64,000 nt of DNA from Felis catus (Eukaryota): NCBI RefSeq assembly GCF_018350175.1, contig NC_058373.1, positions 72,850,001 through 72,914,000 of the forward strand, given 5' to 3'. This document shows, piece after piece, positions 36,571 to 47,979 of this stretch. A model generated the notes under the pieces. The model saw only the letters and a program-made list of their open reading frames with translations. It searched no databases and had not been told where the DNA came from. The first letter of the stretch is position 1, and every line of letters starts with the position of its first letter. A program made the position numbers and the translations under genes.

Positions 36571-38967
36571 GAAGCACAGGAAATTAAACCAAGGGTACCT
36601 GACACCTACCTGGAGTCCCTAGGGAGCCCATCAGGAGAGCTCTCTGCTCTCTTCTCTGACCCATGGGTCCCAGAAAGACTCCGGGGACCATCAACTCCAA
36701 CAACAATGTCTGTGCAGTAGAGGAGCTGTGATTCTAGTCTGAAAGAACACTACCTGTGTTATTGATTAAAATTCGAGTGTTACAAACAGCTTCCCGGTAG
36801 GGGGAAGATTTTTCTTTTTCTTCTGTGTAATTAGAATGATTATTCGACAAATGGATGGTTTTCAATGAACTTTCAAAGCGAGGCTAAATTCATCAATCCC
36901 AGCAGCTCACAGTTCCAGCCAAGGACCCATATCACTGTGCTTCCAGAGAGGGCAGACAGCAGAGCAGTGGCCAAAAAAGCCCCAGGCTGCAGGAGCCTGG
37001 AGACCCTAACACACACACACACACACACACTCGAAGACACTGGGAAAGAAGAATTGTGAGTGGTTTCCTCTGGGGTCTGGGGAGGAAACTGCTGATGATA
37101 TTTGGAAAGCATTTCCACCCCTGGGCCCAGAAAATAGAGACATTAATGATGTATAGACCTCCTTCTTGGCGACATTCTCCTCCCTGAATCTAGTACCTGA
37201 GGTAATTGGGCAGCAGATGAAAATGGTATTCGCTCAAAACAAAGCAAATCTTTGTTTTAAAAAAAATGGCCTGCTGTCTGAGCTTTGTCTCCCTGTGGAA
37301 CTCAGAAACAAAGCCAAGTCCTCTGGCCATACACACTGGCTACATGTCTCAAAAGGAATATTTCTGACTTCATGCCCGCCTCTCCCCCATCACACAGGAA
37401 GGAGAGTGGGCTCCGACAAGCAGTTAAGACAGCCGTTCCCACAGCTGGCTTTACTGCAGGCCTCCAGGCTCCTCACACACGCAAGCCCACAGAACCCTTG
37501 GGTTCTGCCCACTTACTGTAAACCATTCTGCCCAGTGCAGCCAGACCAGTCTTCCAGACTGTCTCTCTCCTCCTCAGAACTGTCCCAGGATCCCTCCTGA
37601 GACTAGGCTTTCCCTGAAAACACTTTCCCGCTTCCACACTCAGCCCATTCCACTTGCCTCAAAGACTCTCTAGTCCCCATGTTTTAGTACAAAAAAAACC
37701 TAGCCCTGATGCACACCTATCTGAAGACAGCCTTCCCCATCCTTGCCAACTCTAAAACCTTAGAACAATCATGGTGCTTTAGACTGCATTTATTTGTGGA
37801 TAGGTCGCAGGCACTGTGCTAGATGCCAAGGATACAAAGCTAGGGAAAAAATATACCCGACAATTGGTTCCTTATTGTCTAACAGGAAAGATAGGATAAA
37901 CAGATACATAAACAAATATATATGCAAATTGGGATGAGTGTTATGAAAGCAATAAACAGGAGGCTGAGAGGAGATTGAAGGGTGCAATTTAAATAGGGTA
38001 ATCAGGAAATGCCTTTCCCTCCTGGGGAAGCAGCGGGTAAGGGGGTGGAGAGAAGTCAGAATTGTTACACTAACGAACATTCTACCACTGGGAAACACAG
38101 AACAAGGAGAAAGGAGTTTCCACCCAACAGACGCCTATGAACACATCAGTCACGCGGCCCAGAAAAGGTGAGACTTGCTCCCGGAAGAGCTGACACTGCT
38201 CCATAGGGAAGGTAACTTGGATTTGCTCCAATCCACCACACCTCCAATGTCACTCTTCCTGAGATAAGACGGTGGGCGTTTGCACCATATCTGCCTAGGA
38301 AAATTGTATTCTCAGAAGAATAGAGCACAATTCATTGATTTCGTGACCACCAAGGTTCTCTTTATAATGGCTCTAGAGAGCTGTGCTAACTGGCCAGAGC
38401 TCAGACTACATATGGGTGGATGTCTAGTTCACAATTGAAGCTTCACGACCAACCAGGTTCTAAATTTCTGTTCAGCTCAGCATCTCATTATTTTGTGCCT
38501 GGAGTTAGAACTCCAACATAAAGGATATCATCGCCACCTATAATTGCCACTTTTTTAGCGAAACCCACATGGACTTTGACAGTATAAATCTGAAAATTCC
38601 AGGGCATTTCCTTTAATTTTTCCAGGATGGCTGATAGAAGCAAATCTGAGGACAGCCACTAATGTAGTGTGACATGATACAACGTTCAGCAACCTTGTTT
38701 TTCTTACGCAACTTTTTTGGAAATCTGTGTGATTTCCACAGATTTACCACACCTAAACCAAAATAGCTCTATCATCGAATGCCCAATACAGGTTGATCTA
38801 CAGTACAACTGAGCTGCAATGTGGACACAGGGCTAAGGGAACCCTTTAGCTACTCTTTCAAAATACATTTATTGAACGTCTACCATGTGACAAACACTAT
38901 GGTCAACTCCAGTGTTACAAACTTGAGTAAGACGTAGTCCCTGACCTCAGGGTAGTCACAATCTTCT

Positions 38968-39164
38968 TAATGTTTACTTATTTTTGAGAGAGAGAGAGAG
39001 AGCAAGTGGGGGAGAAGAAGAGAGAGGGAGACACAGAACCCAAAGCAGGCTCCAGGCTCTGAGCTGTCAGCACAGGGCCCGACGTGGGGCTCCAACCCAG
39101 GAACCAGGAGATCATGACCTGAGCTGAAGTTGGACGCTTAACCGACTCAGCCACCCAGGCACCC
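38968..39164 (-). mobile_element. Can-SINE
   Basis: TSD GGTAGTCACA(A/G)TCTTCTT. Confidence 0.9.
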
Positions 39165-39759
39165 TGGTAGTCACAGTCTTCTTGACATGCCAAGCACAGA
39201 AATAAAATATAATAAAATGTGTGTGAGAGAAACCATGGGTCAGCATTATAAAAGCACCATAAAGGGGGCTGCCTTGTTCATTTAGGGATTATTGGCCCTC
39301 CCCAGAGATAGTGGGTCTTGCAGTACATTTTCACCATGGATGAGAAAAAATATCCTTCAAACAAAGAACATCATGAAGTTGAGGCTCAAAAATGCTGAGT
39401 GATCACTTAAGTCTCTTAAAATATCTTCAACTGCAACAAATACATGATACGTATCCCTCCTATCTCCTTATATTGAATAACTCAGATTAGAAGTCAAGGC
39501 ATGGTCACCAGCAAGCAGATGAGAGGAACTAAGGAAACACACAGTGATTCTTTCACTTCCATGTAGGTAATAGATATTTCCTAAAGTAGATATGCCATAC
39601 AAAACCTACCAGGCTCAGTATCACAGTAGTCCCTAAGGCCAAAGAGACCAATCTGAGCCTGAGATCACCCGTCATCTGTGACCACAGGTTCAGATATACT
39701 CATTCTCAGAGGGTATGGAAACTGAACATCAAACCTGGGAAACTCTGTGCACATCAGTG

Positions 39760-39928
39760 ATGTCTTCTCTTTTTATAAGGGAACTGATGTCCTTTTGGAT
39801 TAGGACCTCTTCCTTATGATCTTATTTAACCTTAATTTCCTCTTTAAAAGCCCTGGCTCCAGATACAGTCATTGGAAGTTGCAGCTTCAATATATGAATT
39901 TGAGGGGACACATTTCTATCCATAATAG
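39760..39928 (-). mobile_element. MLT1 LTR end fragment
   Basis: TTGGATTAGG..TTTAACCTTAAT..CTTCAATATATGAATTTGAGGGGACACA..CCATAA. Confidence 0.65.
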
Positions 39929-40084
39929 GTAGGGAGAGGGTCACTCTCTTCCAAAGACAGTCCTCCCTTAGGGCCATTCACAGAGAGAAAAACAAAGTCC
40001 CAATCTCTTACTGAAAGTCCAGGGGCCCTGGAGTTACTACATCCAGTAAATGAGAGAGAAATAAACTTAAAAAAAAATCCCTGA

Positions 40085-40300
40085 GGGGTTCCTGGGTGGC
40101 TCAGTCAGTTAAGCATCTGACTTCAGCTCAGGCATGATCTCGTGGTTCATGAGTTCAAGCCCCATGTTGGGCTCTGTGCTGACAGCTCAGAGCCTGGAGC
40201 CTGCTTTCGATTCTGTGTCTCCCTCTCTCTCTGCCCCTTCCCTGCTTGAGCTCTGTGTCTCTCTCATTCTCTCAAAAAATAAACATTAAAAAAAATGTTT
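40085..40300 (+). mobile_element. Can-SINE
   Basis: Standard head, CT tract and tail. Confidence 0.9.
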
Positions 40301-40823
40301 TTGAATCCCACAGTCTCATATCCAAAAGTGATAGAGATTTAATCACAGTTTTTCCAAGTCTTTCTCCTATTCTGTGTTAATACATTATTTCTGTTATGAC
40401 ACCATTATTTTCCAGAAAACAAAAATGAAACCTTCATGTCACCTCTGACTGCTCCCCCTCTCTTTCCTCCACATGGAATCATAGATTTTTCATCTCTGTA
40501 CAAGTACCGTCTTGACTATTCATATATCCATCAGTAACCTGGTTCAGCTCTTACTACTTTTCATGAAGATCACTATAGAAGCCACCTAACTATTCCTCAT
40601 GCCTCTAGTTTAGGAGCTCCTGTTACGGAAACCAAGTAACTGGGAGATCTATAACCCTTCTCTCCTCTATTTTGTACAACTTGTCTCATGCCTATAAGTG
40701 GGAATGGGTTCATAACTGTTATCAGTCATTCACAAAGGTCCCCCTCCAACAAACAGGTTAAAAATCAGAGCTCTCATCTCTCCTACTACACTTGCCTCTC
40801 TTTAAAAATCATTGCTTAATCTT

Positions 40824-41035
40824 GAGGCGCCTGGGTGGCTCAGTCAAACATCTGACTTCAGCTCAAGTCATGGTCTTGTGGTTTGTGGGTCCGAGCCCTG
40901 GGTCGGGTTCTGTGCTGACAGCTCAGAGCCTAGAGCCTGCTTTGGATTCTGTGTCTCTCTCTCTCTTTGCCCCTCCCCCACTCACACTCTGTCTCTCCCT
41001 GTCTCTCAAAAATAAACGTTAAAATTTTTTAAAAT
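40824..41035 (+). mobile_element. Can-SINE
   Basis: Standard head, CT tract and tail. Confidence 0.9.
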
Positions 41036-41141
41036 TATTAATCTTTGTGTTCACGTGACTCATCATATTCCTCCTATACTCAAACACCTCCCCATTACCA
41101 ATCATACTTTAAAATGGTGACTGATCAAAAAATTAAAAATA

Positions 41142-41208
41142 AATAAAATAAAATAAAATAAAATAAAATAAAATAAAATAAAATAAAATAAAATAAAATA
41201 AAATAAAA
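41142..41208. repeat. (TAAAA)n microsatellite
   Basis: About 13 pentamer units, seen directly. Confidence 0.95.
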
Positions 41209-41259
41209 TGGTGGCTGGTGGGTAATCCCTGTTGTAGCTTTTTCAAAAAAGTACCTGAG

Positions 41260-41465
41260 AGGGGTTCCTGGGTGGCTCAGTTGGTTAAGCATCTGACTCT
41301 TGATTTCAGCTCAGATCATGATCTCATAGTTTATGAGTTTGAGCCCCACATCGGGCTCTGAGCTGACAGTGCAGAGTCTGCTTGGGATTCTCTCTCTCCC
41401 TCTCTCTCTGCCCCTCCCATGCTTGCTCTCACTCTCTCTCAAAAATAAGTAAACATTAAAAAAAT
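41260..41465 (+). mobile_element. Can-SINE
   Basis: Standard head, CT tract and tail. Confidence 0.9.
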
Positions 41466-41582
41466 TACCTAGGAAAAAACTTCTCAAAACCAATAGGTCA
41501 GCCATTAGGTCCCATTTTGGCTGGCATGGGACACGTATACAGTTATACATCTTTAAAATTTTTTTGGAATAAATGACACATG

Positions 41583-42490
41583 CCATACTAGTATTCTATA
41601 GCTATGTAACAAATCATCACAAATTTAGTAGCTTAAAACAAAACACATTTATTACCTCACAATCCCATGGGTCAAGAGTTTGGGCCAGCTTAGCTGGTTA
41701 TCTGCTCAGGGTGTCACAAGGCTACAATCAAGTTGTCAGCTGGGCCACATATTTCATCTAAAAGCCTGACTATGAAAGAATCCACTGTCATGATCATTCA
41801 GGTTTCAGACACAATTCATTTCCTTGCAGCTACATGACTGAGGACCCAGCCTTTTTACCAACTGTCGCCTGGAGGTCTCCACTATTTCCTAAGGTTGCCC
41901 TGAATTCCAGGCGGTCTCCTGCACTTTCTTGGGGCTTCTTCAACATGGCTGCTTATGTCATCAAGCCAGCAAGAAGAATCTCTCATTTCAATCAGCTAAG
42001 ACAGAATCTTTTCTAATGTAACATAAAAACAGATGGACAGCCCATCACCTTTGCATATTGTATTGGTTAGAAGCAAGTCACAGGTCCCTCCAAAACTCAA
42101 AAGAAGGGATTATCCAAGGGCATGGACACCAGGCAGCAGGGATTTATCTTTCTACGACAGTCCACCATCTGACCCCCATGATTCATATCGCAAAGACCCC
42201 AAGAGTCTCATCTCATACAGCATCAACTCATAGACAAAATCACATCATCTAAATGACGTCCAAGTCCAAATGCAACTCCTGGGTGTCATCTGTTAAGTAC
42301 AGCTCCTGGGGCACAGTTCCTCTCCATCTGTCAAGCTGTGAAACAAGCAACCACCCCCCCACACACATCCAGATTACAGTGTTAGATCAGACATGACCAG
42401 GAAGGCACAGGTTAATCACTATAGACATTTGGCTTCAAAAGAGGGGGAGATGAAAGGTAGAAAGGACTTGCTGAAATGCACCCAGGCAAA
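41583..42490 (-). mobile_element. MLT1 LTR plus adjacent MaLR internal sequence
   Basis: GCTATGTAACAAATCATCACAAATTTAGTAGCTTAAAACAA..GGTTAGAAGCAAGTCACAGG; the duplicated part recurs at 56674-58170. Confidence 0.7.
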
Positions 42491-43162
42491 CCTTAAAATT
42501 TTATTCTGTGGTTCTCTGATTTGAAAAGATAAAGTTTAAATTAGTGCTGGTGTTGAAGCAGAACTCTCAAAATGCTAGTCTTGGCACTGAGGTCAAGCTC
42601 TTCATCAACTTTCAGTTGAAAGCTCAGTGATTTTGGCCCCTACTAATATTCCAGCCACCCAGAACTGAGTGAAAAGTAAGGTCTAAGGATTAGGAGGCCA
42701 ACTTGGGTAATCAGCAGTCAACTTATAGATGAAAATGAGCACCTTCGTGGCCACATCACAAATATACACCAAAAATCTGTCACACTCAAACTCTAAGTCC
42801 CAGGGGGAGATTTGCTAAAACGGATTACCTCCCAGACTGGTAAACATACAGGTAAACCTACAGGTAAAATATCTCCTTTTTCCATCCCCTGACATCTTTT
42901 ATTTACCCTGCTACTTACTATGAGTAATTCTGCTTCTGGGTATGTTTAGATTTATTTGAGAGCAGTTGCTTTCATTTCCATCTTATTGTTTTACTCAAGG
43001 TTAAACCTTAATGTGGTGATACTGGAATGTGTCCCCACCGCCCCAGTGGTCTAGGTGCTCAGGACTGAGCACTCTTTGTTACAACCCCTCAGTTTCTTCT
43101 AATGTGCCCCCAGCCCTGAGAAACACAGGCCTAGAATACTTTAAGGAGGCTGCTCCTCCGTC

Positions 43163-43181
43163 TGGCCTCCAGGGGGCAATC
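43163..43181 (+). promoter_or_regulatory. Candidate CTCF-binding element upstream of TRDV copy 1
   Basis: TGGCCTCCAGGGGGCAATC is a near-consensus CTCF motif and is identical in copy 2. Confidence 0.65.
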
Positions 43182-44263
43182 GTGCCACTAACACAACTCT
43201 CAGAACAATGAGAAGATGCTGACACTCTCTGGGGGTGGGTGAGAGGCCTGAACTCAGGACAAAAAAGGAATAAGGATGAAAATTAGAAGCCTGAATAATA
43301 TTGAGGTAATTGAGGCCGAATCCCTTTAAAATTCTCTGAAACTTTAGGAAAGTCTGTGAGCAACTCTTTCCTTCTCTTGCAAGCACAATTTTCCCAAAGC
43401 CTGTCTTCTACCCAATCCCAGGCTTGTAAACCTCTCCATTGGGAGAAGCTCCCCATTTCATTATCATGCCTTTGGGCAAGATGCACTTTATAACAATGGT
43501 TATAAAGATTCATCCTTTATAATAAACCCCTGTCAGAAGAATAACTTGGTCAGGAGAACTTGTTACTTATCTTGAGTAGGTCACCCTAAGCTTTACGTGT
43601 ACCCGTTGGTACTCATGTCATCTTTGACTCTTCTGGAATGATAATTTCAGCAGCCAGCATTTCAGGGTTTTCTGAAATAGTTCTCAGAAACAACCTGGAT
43701 AAAGGCCACGGATCTTCTGTGGTTTGTATGTTAAGATACATCAGGGTAATGGCGAGTTGTGGGGTTGGGAGGGCCCAGGTACATGATTAGTTCCAGGAGC
43801 TCAGGAACTGTCAAAATAAACATTCAGCTGCCTACCTATCTGGCTAAGAATCCTAATGGACTCTGGGATAATGATCGTTTATGAACAAAGTTATTTAATA
43901 TCCTTAAAAAATAAAACATTTTTACAAAGAAACTTGAGAAAAATTATACCAATTTTTAAAAATGCAATGGATATGAACAAATAATTTCCAAATTAAAAAA
44001 AAAAGCACAAATATGAAAAGAATCCAACCTCATGATGAAAAAATGCATTATAAAACAAGGATATAATATTTTTTTTCTCTACAAATTGTTAAATAATATT
44101 TTTAAATCATTAGATGCTGATGTCATGAAACAAAACTCTTAGAAAATACTATAGAAATGTCAATTTGTACAATCATTGGAAGGGTAATTTGTTACTATAT
44201 ATAAAGTTATTGCACTCAACAATTCTTATTCATTAATTTATCCTTAAGAAATAATCAGAGATA

Positions 44264-45105
44264 GGGGCGCCTGGGTGGCTCAGTTGGTTAAGCGTCTGAC
44301 TTCAGCTCAGGTCATGATCTCACCATTTGTGGGTTCAAACCCTGCACTGGGCTCTATGCTGACAGCTCAGAGCCTGGAGCTTGGAGCCTGCTTCAGATTC
44401 TGTGTCTCCTTCTCCCTCTCTACTGCTCCCCCATTCATGCTCTGTCTCTCTCTGTCAAAATAAATAAACATTTTTTTTAATTTTTAAAAAGAAAGAAAGA
44501 AAGAATCAGAAATAGTGCCACCTGGGTGGCTCAGTCCGTTAAGTGCCAGACTTTGGTTCAGGTCATGATCACTATGTGTGGGTTTGAGCCCCACTTTGGG
44601 CTCTGTGCTGAGAGCTCAGTGCCTGGCACCTGCTTCAGATCTGTGTCTCCTTCTCTTTCTGTCTTGTCTCTGCTTTCATTCTGTCTCTGTCTCTCAAAAA
44701 AAAATAAATGTAAGAAAATTTTAAAGAAGAAATATTGACCACAAGAAAACAAATCTCAATAAGTATTCAAGAATCAATATCATATAGGTCATGTGTTTTT
44801 ACTATAATGAATAAAGTTAGATATTATCTATAAAAAGTCAACTTTAAATAAAAAGAAATGCACTCCTAAGTAATTTACGAACAAGGGGCACCTGAGTGGC
44901 TCAGTTGCCTTAGTGTCCAAGTCTGGATTTCAACTCAGGTTATACTCTCAGGTCATGATTTCAGCTCAGCTTCATGAGTTCGAGCCCTGTGTCAGGCTCT
45001 GCACTGACAGCGAGGAGTCTGCTTGGGATTCTCTCTCTCCCTTTCTCGCTACCCCTCCCCAGCTTTCTCTCTCTCACTCAAAATAAATCAATAAACTTAA
45101 AAAAA
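44264..45105 (+). mobile_element. Three Can-SINEs (about 44264-44485, 44515-44730 and 44886-45105), present only in duplicate copy 1
   Basis: Three SINE heads and tails; the segment is absent from copy 2. Confidence 0.88.
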
Positions 45106-47700
45106 ATTATTTATGTACCAGAAAATAATTATAACAGAATTGTTAAAATATTTACAACAAAACTGTCATGAAAAGTGTAAATTTTAAACTTGAGCAATGA
45201 ACCTAAGCAGCACACAGAGAGCTTTTTACAACTTGAAAATATATAAAAACTAAAAGACTGAAAGTAATGAGCTAAGCATTGAACCAGAAAGTTTTAAGAG
45301 AGAGTAAGAGTAAGCAAAAGTAGGAGGACAAAAATAGTCATAATCAGTGCTAAGATGAAGGCAATAAAGCCAAAGAAGCAAAGGAAAGAATCCATTTAAA
45401 ATGGTTCTTTTGAAAGAATTAAAAAATGGGCAAATCTCTGATAGATTTATCAAAGAAATTAAGACGATAGAAAAACATGATGTAAAGGAAAATTGTAACT
45501 ACAGACACAGTAAAAATTTAAATAATTATAAGAACAAGCAAGGAATAAGTCCACACAAATTAATTTGAAAACTTGAACAAAATGTAAAACTTTCTAAAAA
45601 TTATCATCTAGCAAAACTGAAAGAAAAATGAAAAGTTGAATTAAATGCATATTAAAGAAATTTAAATCTCTATACATACACATGTTTTCACAGGCAAGTT
45701 CCATCAAACCCAAGACCAATAATTCCCATACCTGAGTACTGAGAAAAACAAAAATAGCAAGACTACTACTGAACACATTGTATGAGACCAAGAGAACCAC
45801 AATGACATAAATAAACAAAGATGGATGTCAAAGGACAATTATAGATGAATGTTACTCATGAAAAGCAATGACTGCTCCTAAAAATATTATCAAACCAGCA
45901 TTGGATGTTAAAAAGTAATACTAATACACCAAGATCATTTGGGATTCATCTCAGGACTATGAGGAAGTTTTAATATTAGTACAACATACCGCACATCAAT
46001 GGTATTCACTATAAAATTCTCTTACCAAATGCAGAAAAGTGATTTGGTCAAGTCTAACATTATTTCTCATTAACATCTCTTCACAAACTAGGAATAAAAG
46101 GGAACTTCCTTAACCTGACCTAGGTAATCTTTGAATTTGTTTTCAAAGGGACATGTTAAAAGAATTCCCTTAAAAATTTGAAAAATACAAAGACTTCCAA
46201 TATTATTCTTTCTATTCTGTATTTCAGTAAATGTCTTAACAACTACAGTAAAATAATAAACACATTAGAACTGAAAGGAGAAAACATATCTATCATTAAT
46301 CACAGATAGCTGATTCCGTTTCTGGAAGAGGAAAAGTGTACAAGTGAGCCTAGAATGTGTTCTCCTCCCAGAAAACCAGGAAGCTATCATAGATTACAGA
46401 GGCCATGTCACAAAGGCTCAGGAGCCAGCCTGAAAAGATTTCTGCTGGTAAAGATGGGACAATTCCCACATCACTGAGACCATGAATCCAACCAACTAAA
46501 ACACATCAAGTATGTTATAATCCATGAGTTCCGAAAAGAGTCCTCTTTGATTATTTTTGGGGATTTATCCTGGTTGCCTGGGATTTTCTTGGGACTATTT
46601 TGGTGTTTGTCCTGAGAAATGGATCCGTCTCAGGCAAGCAGGGATGGTTTGGTCACCCTTGAGGGGAATCAGCTCATTATCCTACAAACTGATAAATGAA
46701 CGGAAAGTATCTTACGCTTAACCTCAAAGTTAATCAATTATTTGACAAGAAAACATTATCTTCATAGAAATACTTCAGTTAATAGATGAAGTAGAGGGGT
46801 GCCTGGGTGGCTCAGTCAGTTAAGCATCCGATTTCAGCTCAGGTCATGATCTCAGGGTTCGTGGGTTTGAGCCCTGTGTCAGGCTCTGTGCTGACAGCTC
46901 AGAACCTGTAGCCTGCTTCAGATTCTGTGTCTCCCTCTCTCTCTGCCCTTCCCTGCTCGTTCTCTGTCTCTCTCTGTCTCTTAAAAATAAGTAAACATTA
47001 AAAAATAAATAAATGAAGTAGAAATGATATAATTAGAATGTCATTATTTTGCAAATCTAGACATTGCTTATCAACTATCACTAACAACACACATACACAC
47101 ACACACCCGAAAAGACAATCTGACATTACATGTCTCTGAGTAAAGTACACAACCACATGATGTCTGGGATTTGCTTTAATTGAACCAGAACTGGAAGAGG
47201 TATAGATGTTCAGGGTGATACTAGTGTAGATGAGCAAGATTGGCCAAGACTTGATAATTGTGCAACCTAGACAATGAATACGTGCTCTTTTATTGCACTC
47301 TTCTCTCTGGTAGATGTTTGAATTTTCCGTAATTAAAAGCTTTGAAATAGCAAGGTTAACATAAATATAAATTTTCAGAAATGCAAAGACATATTTACAA
47401 GGCCCACCGATTGTTATTTAAAATAGTCCAAAAAGTAAACAATACAATGTCAAACAATGATGTTGAAACAAATTGCACTTACACAGCAGAGTAGTGTGAA
47501 GCTGTAAAAATCACATTTTCACGTACAATTGAATGACATGGTGGCATATTCATACACATTATGTTCAACACAAAAAAGTTTTTTTAACTTGATCCCAATT
47601 CCACGAGAGTATGCATATTTGCATTAAAAATACTGAAAGAAATGCAACAAAATGTTAACAGCATTTACCCCTGGGTAATGAGATTATGATTGGATTTTAT
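44740..47700 (+). mobile_element. Old L1M (ORF2 and 3' end) remnants, duplicated at about 60615-62810
   Basis: A-rich degenerate ORF2 motifs (CAAACTAGGAATAAAAGGGAACTTCCTTAACCTGA; ATGATGTCTGGGATTTGCTTTAA). Confidence 0.6.
46796..47005 (+). mobile_element. Can-SINE specific to duplicate copy 1
   Basis: TSD AATA(G/A)ATGAAGTAGA; the site is empty in copy 2 at about 62110-62125. Confidence 0.9.
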
Positions 47701-47826
47701 GTCTACTTCTCCCTTTTGGTTATGTCCACATTGGACAAATTTCATGATAAATCACACATGACATGTTATCAATCAATTAGACAAGAGAGGCCTGGAGGAA
47801 GAGAGGCAGGAAGCAGACACAGACAG

Positions 47827-47881
47827 CAGGAAGTGTGACTAAACTTACGTATGCAGGAGGCCCGCTGCCAGCTTTATAGAA
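47827..47881 (+). promoter_or_regulatory. Candidate promoter of TRDV copy 1 (ETS, AP-1-like, CRE-like and TATA-like motifs)
   Basis: CAGGAAGT 47827-47834, TGACTAA 47836-47842, TTACGTA 47845-47851 and TATAGAA 47875-47881. The same arrangement is present in copy 2. Confidence 0.55.
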
Positions 47882-47979
47882 GCAAGACCACAGAGCCACC
47901 CAGCTCCAGGGACACTGCAAACGGCCTGACAGGTGGCAGGCAGAACAAGGGCCATTTCACCAGCAGGAAGGGCCCCAAC

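Noticed and set aside
47851-47979. In-frame upstream ATG extending the leader in both TRDV copies (ORFs 47851 and 62955)
   Set aside because: The ATG is part of the CRE-like motif and lies 5' of the TATA-like box, so it is probably not transcribed; the extension would also mask the signal peptide.
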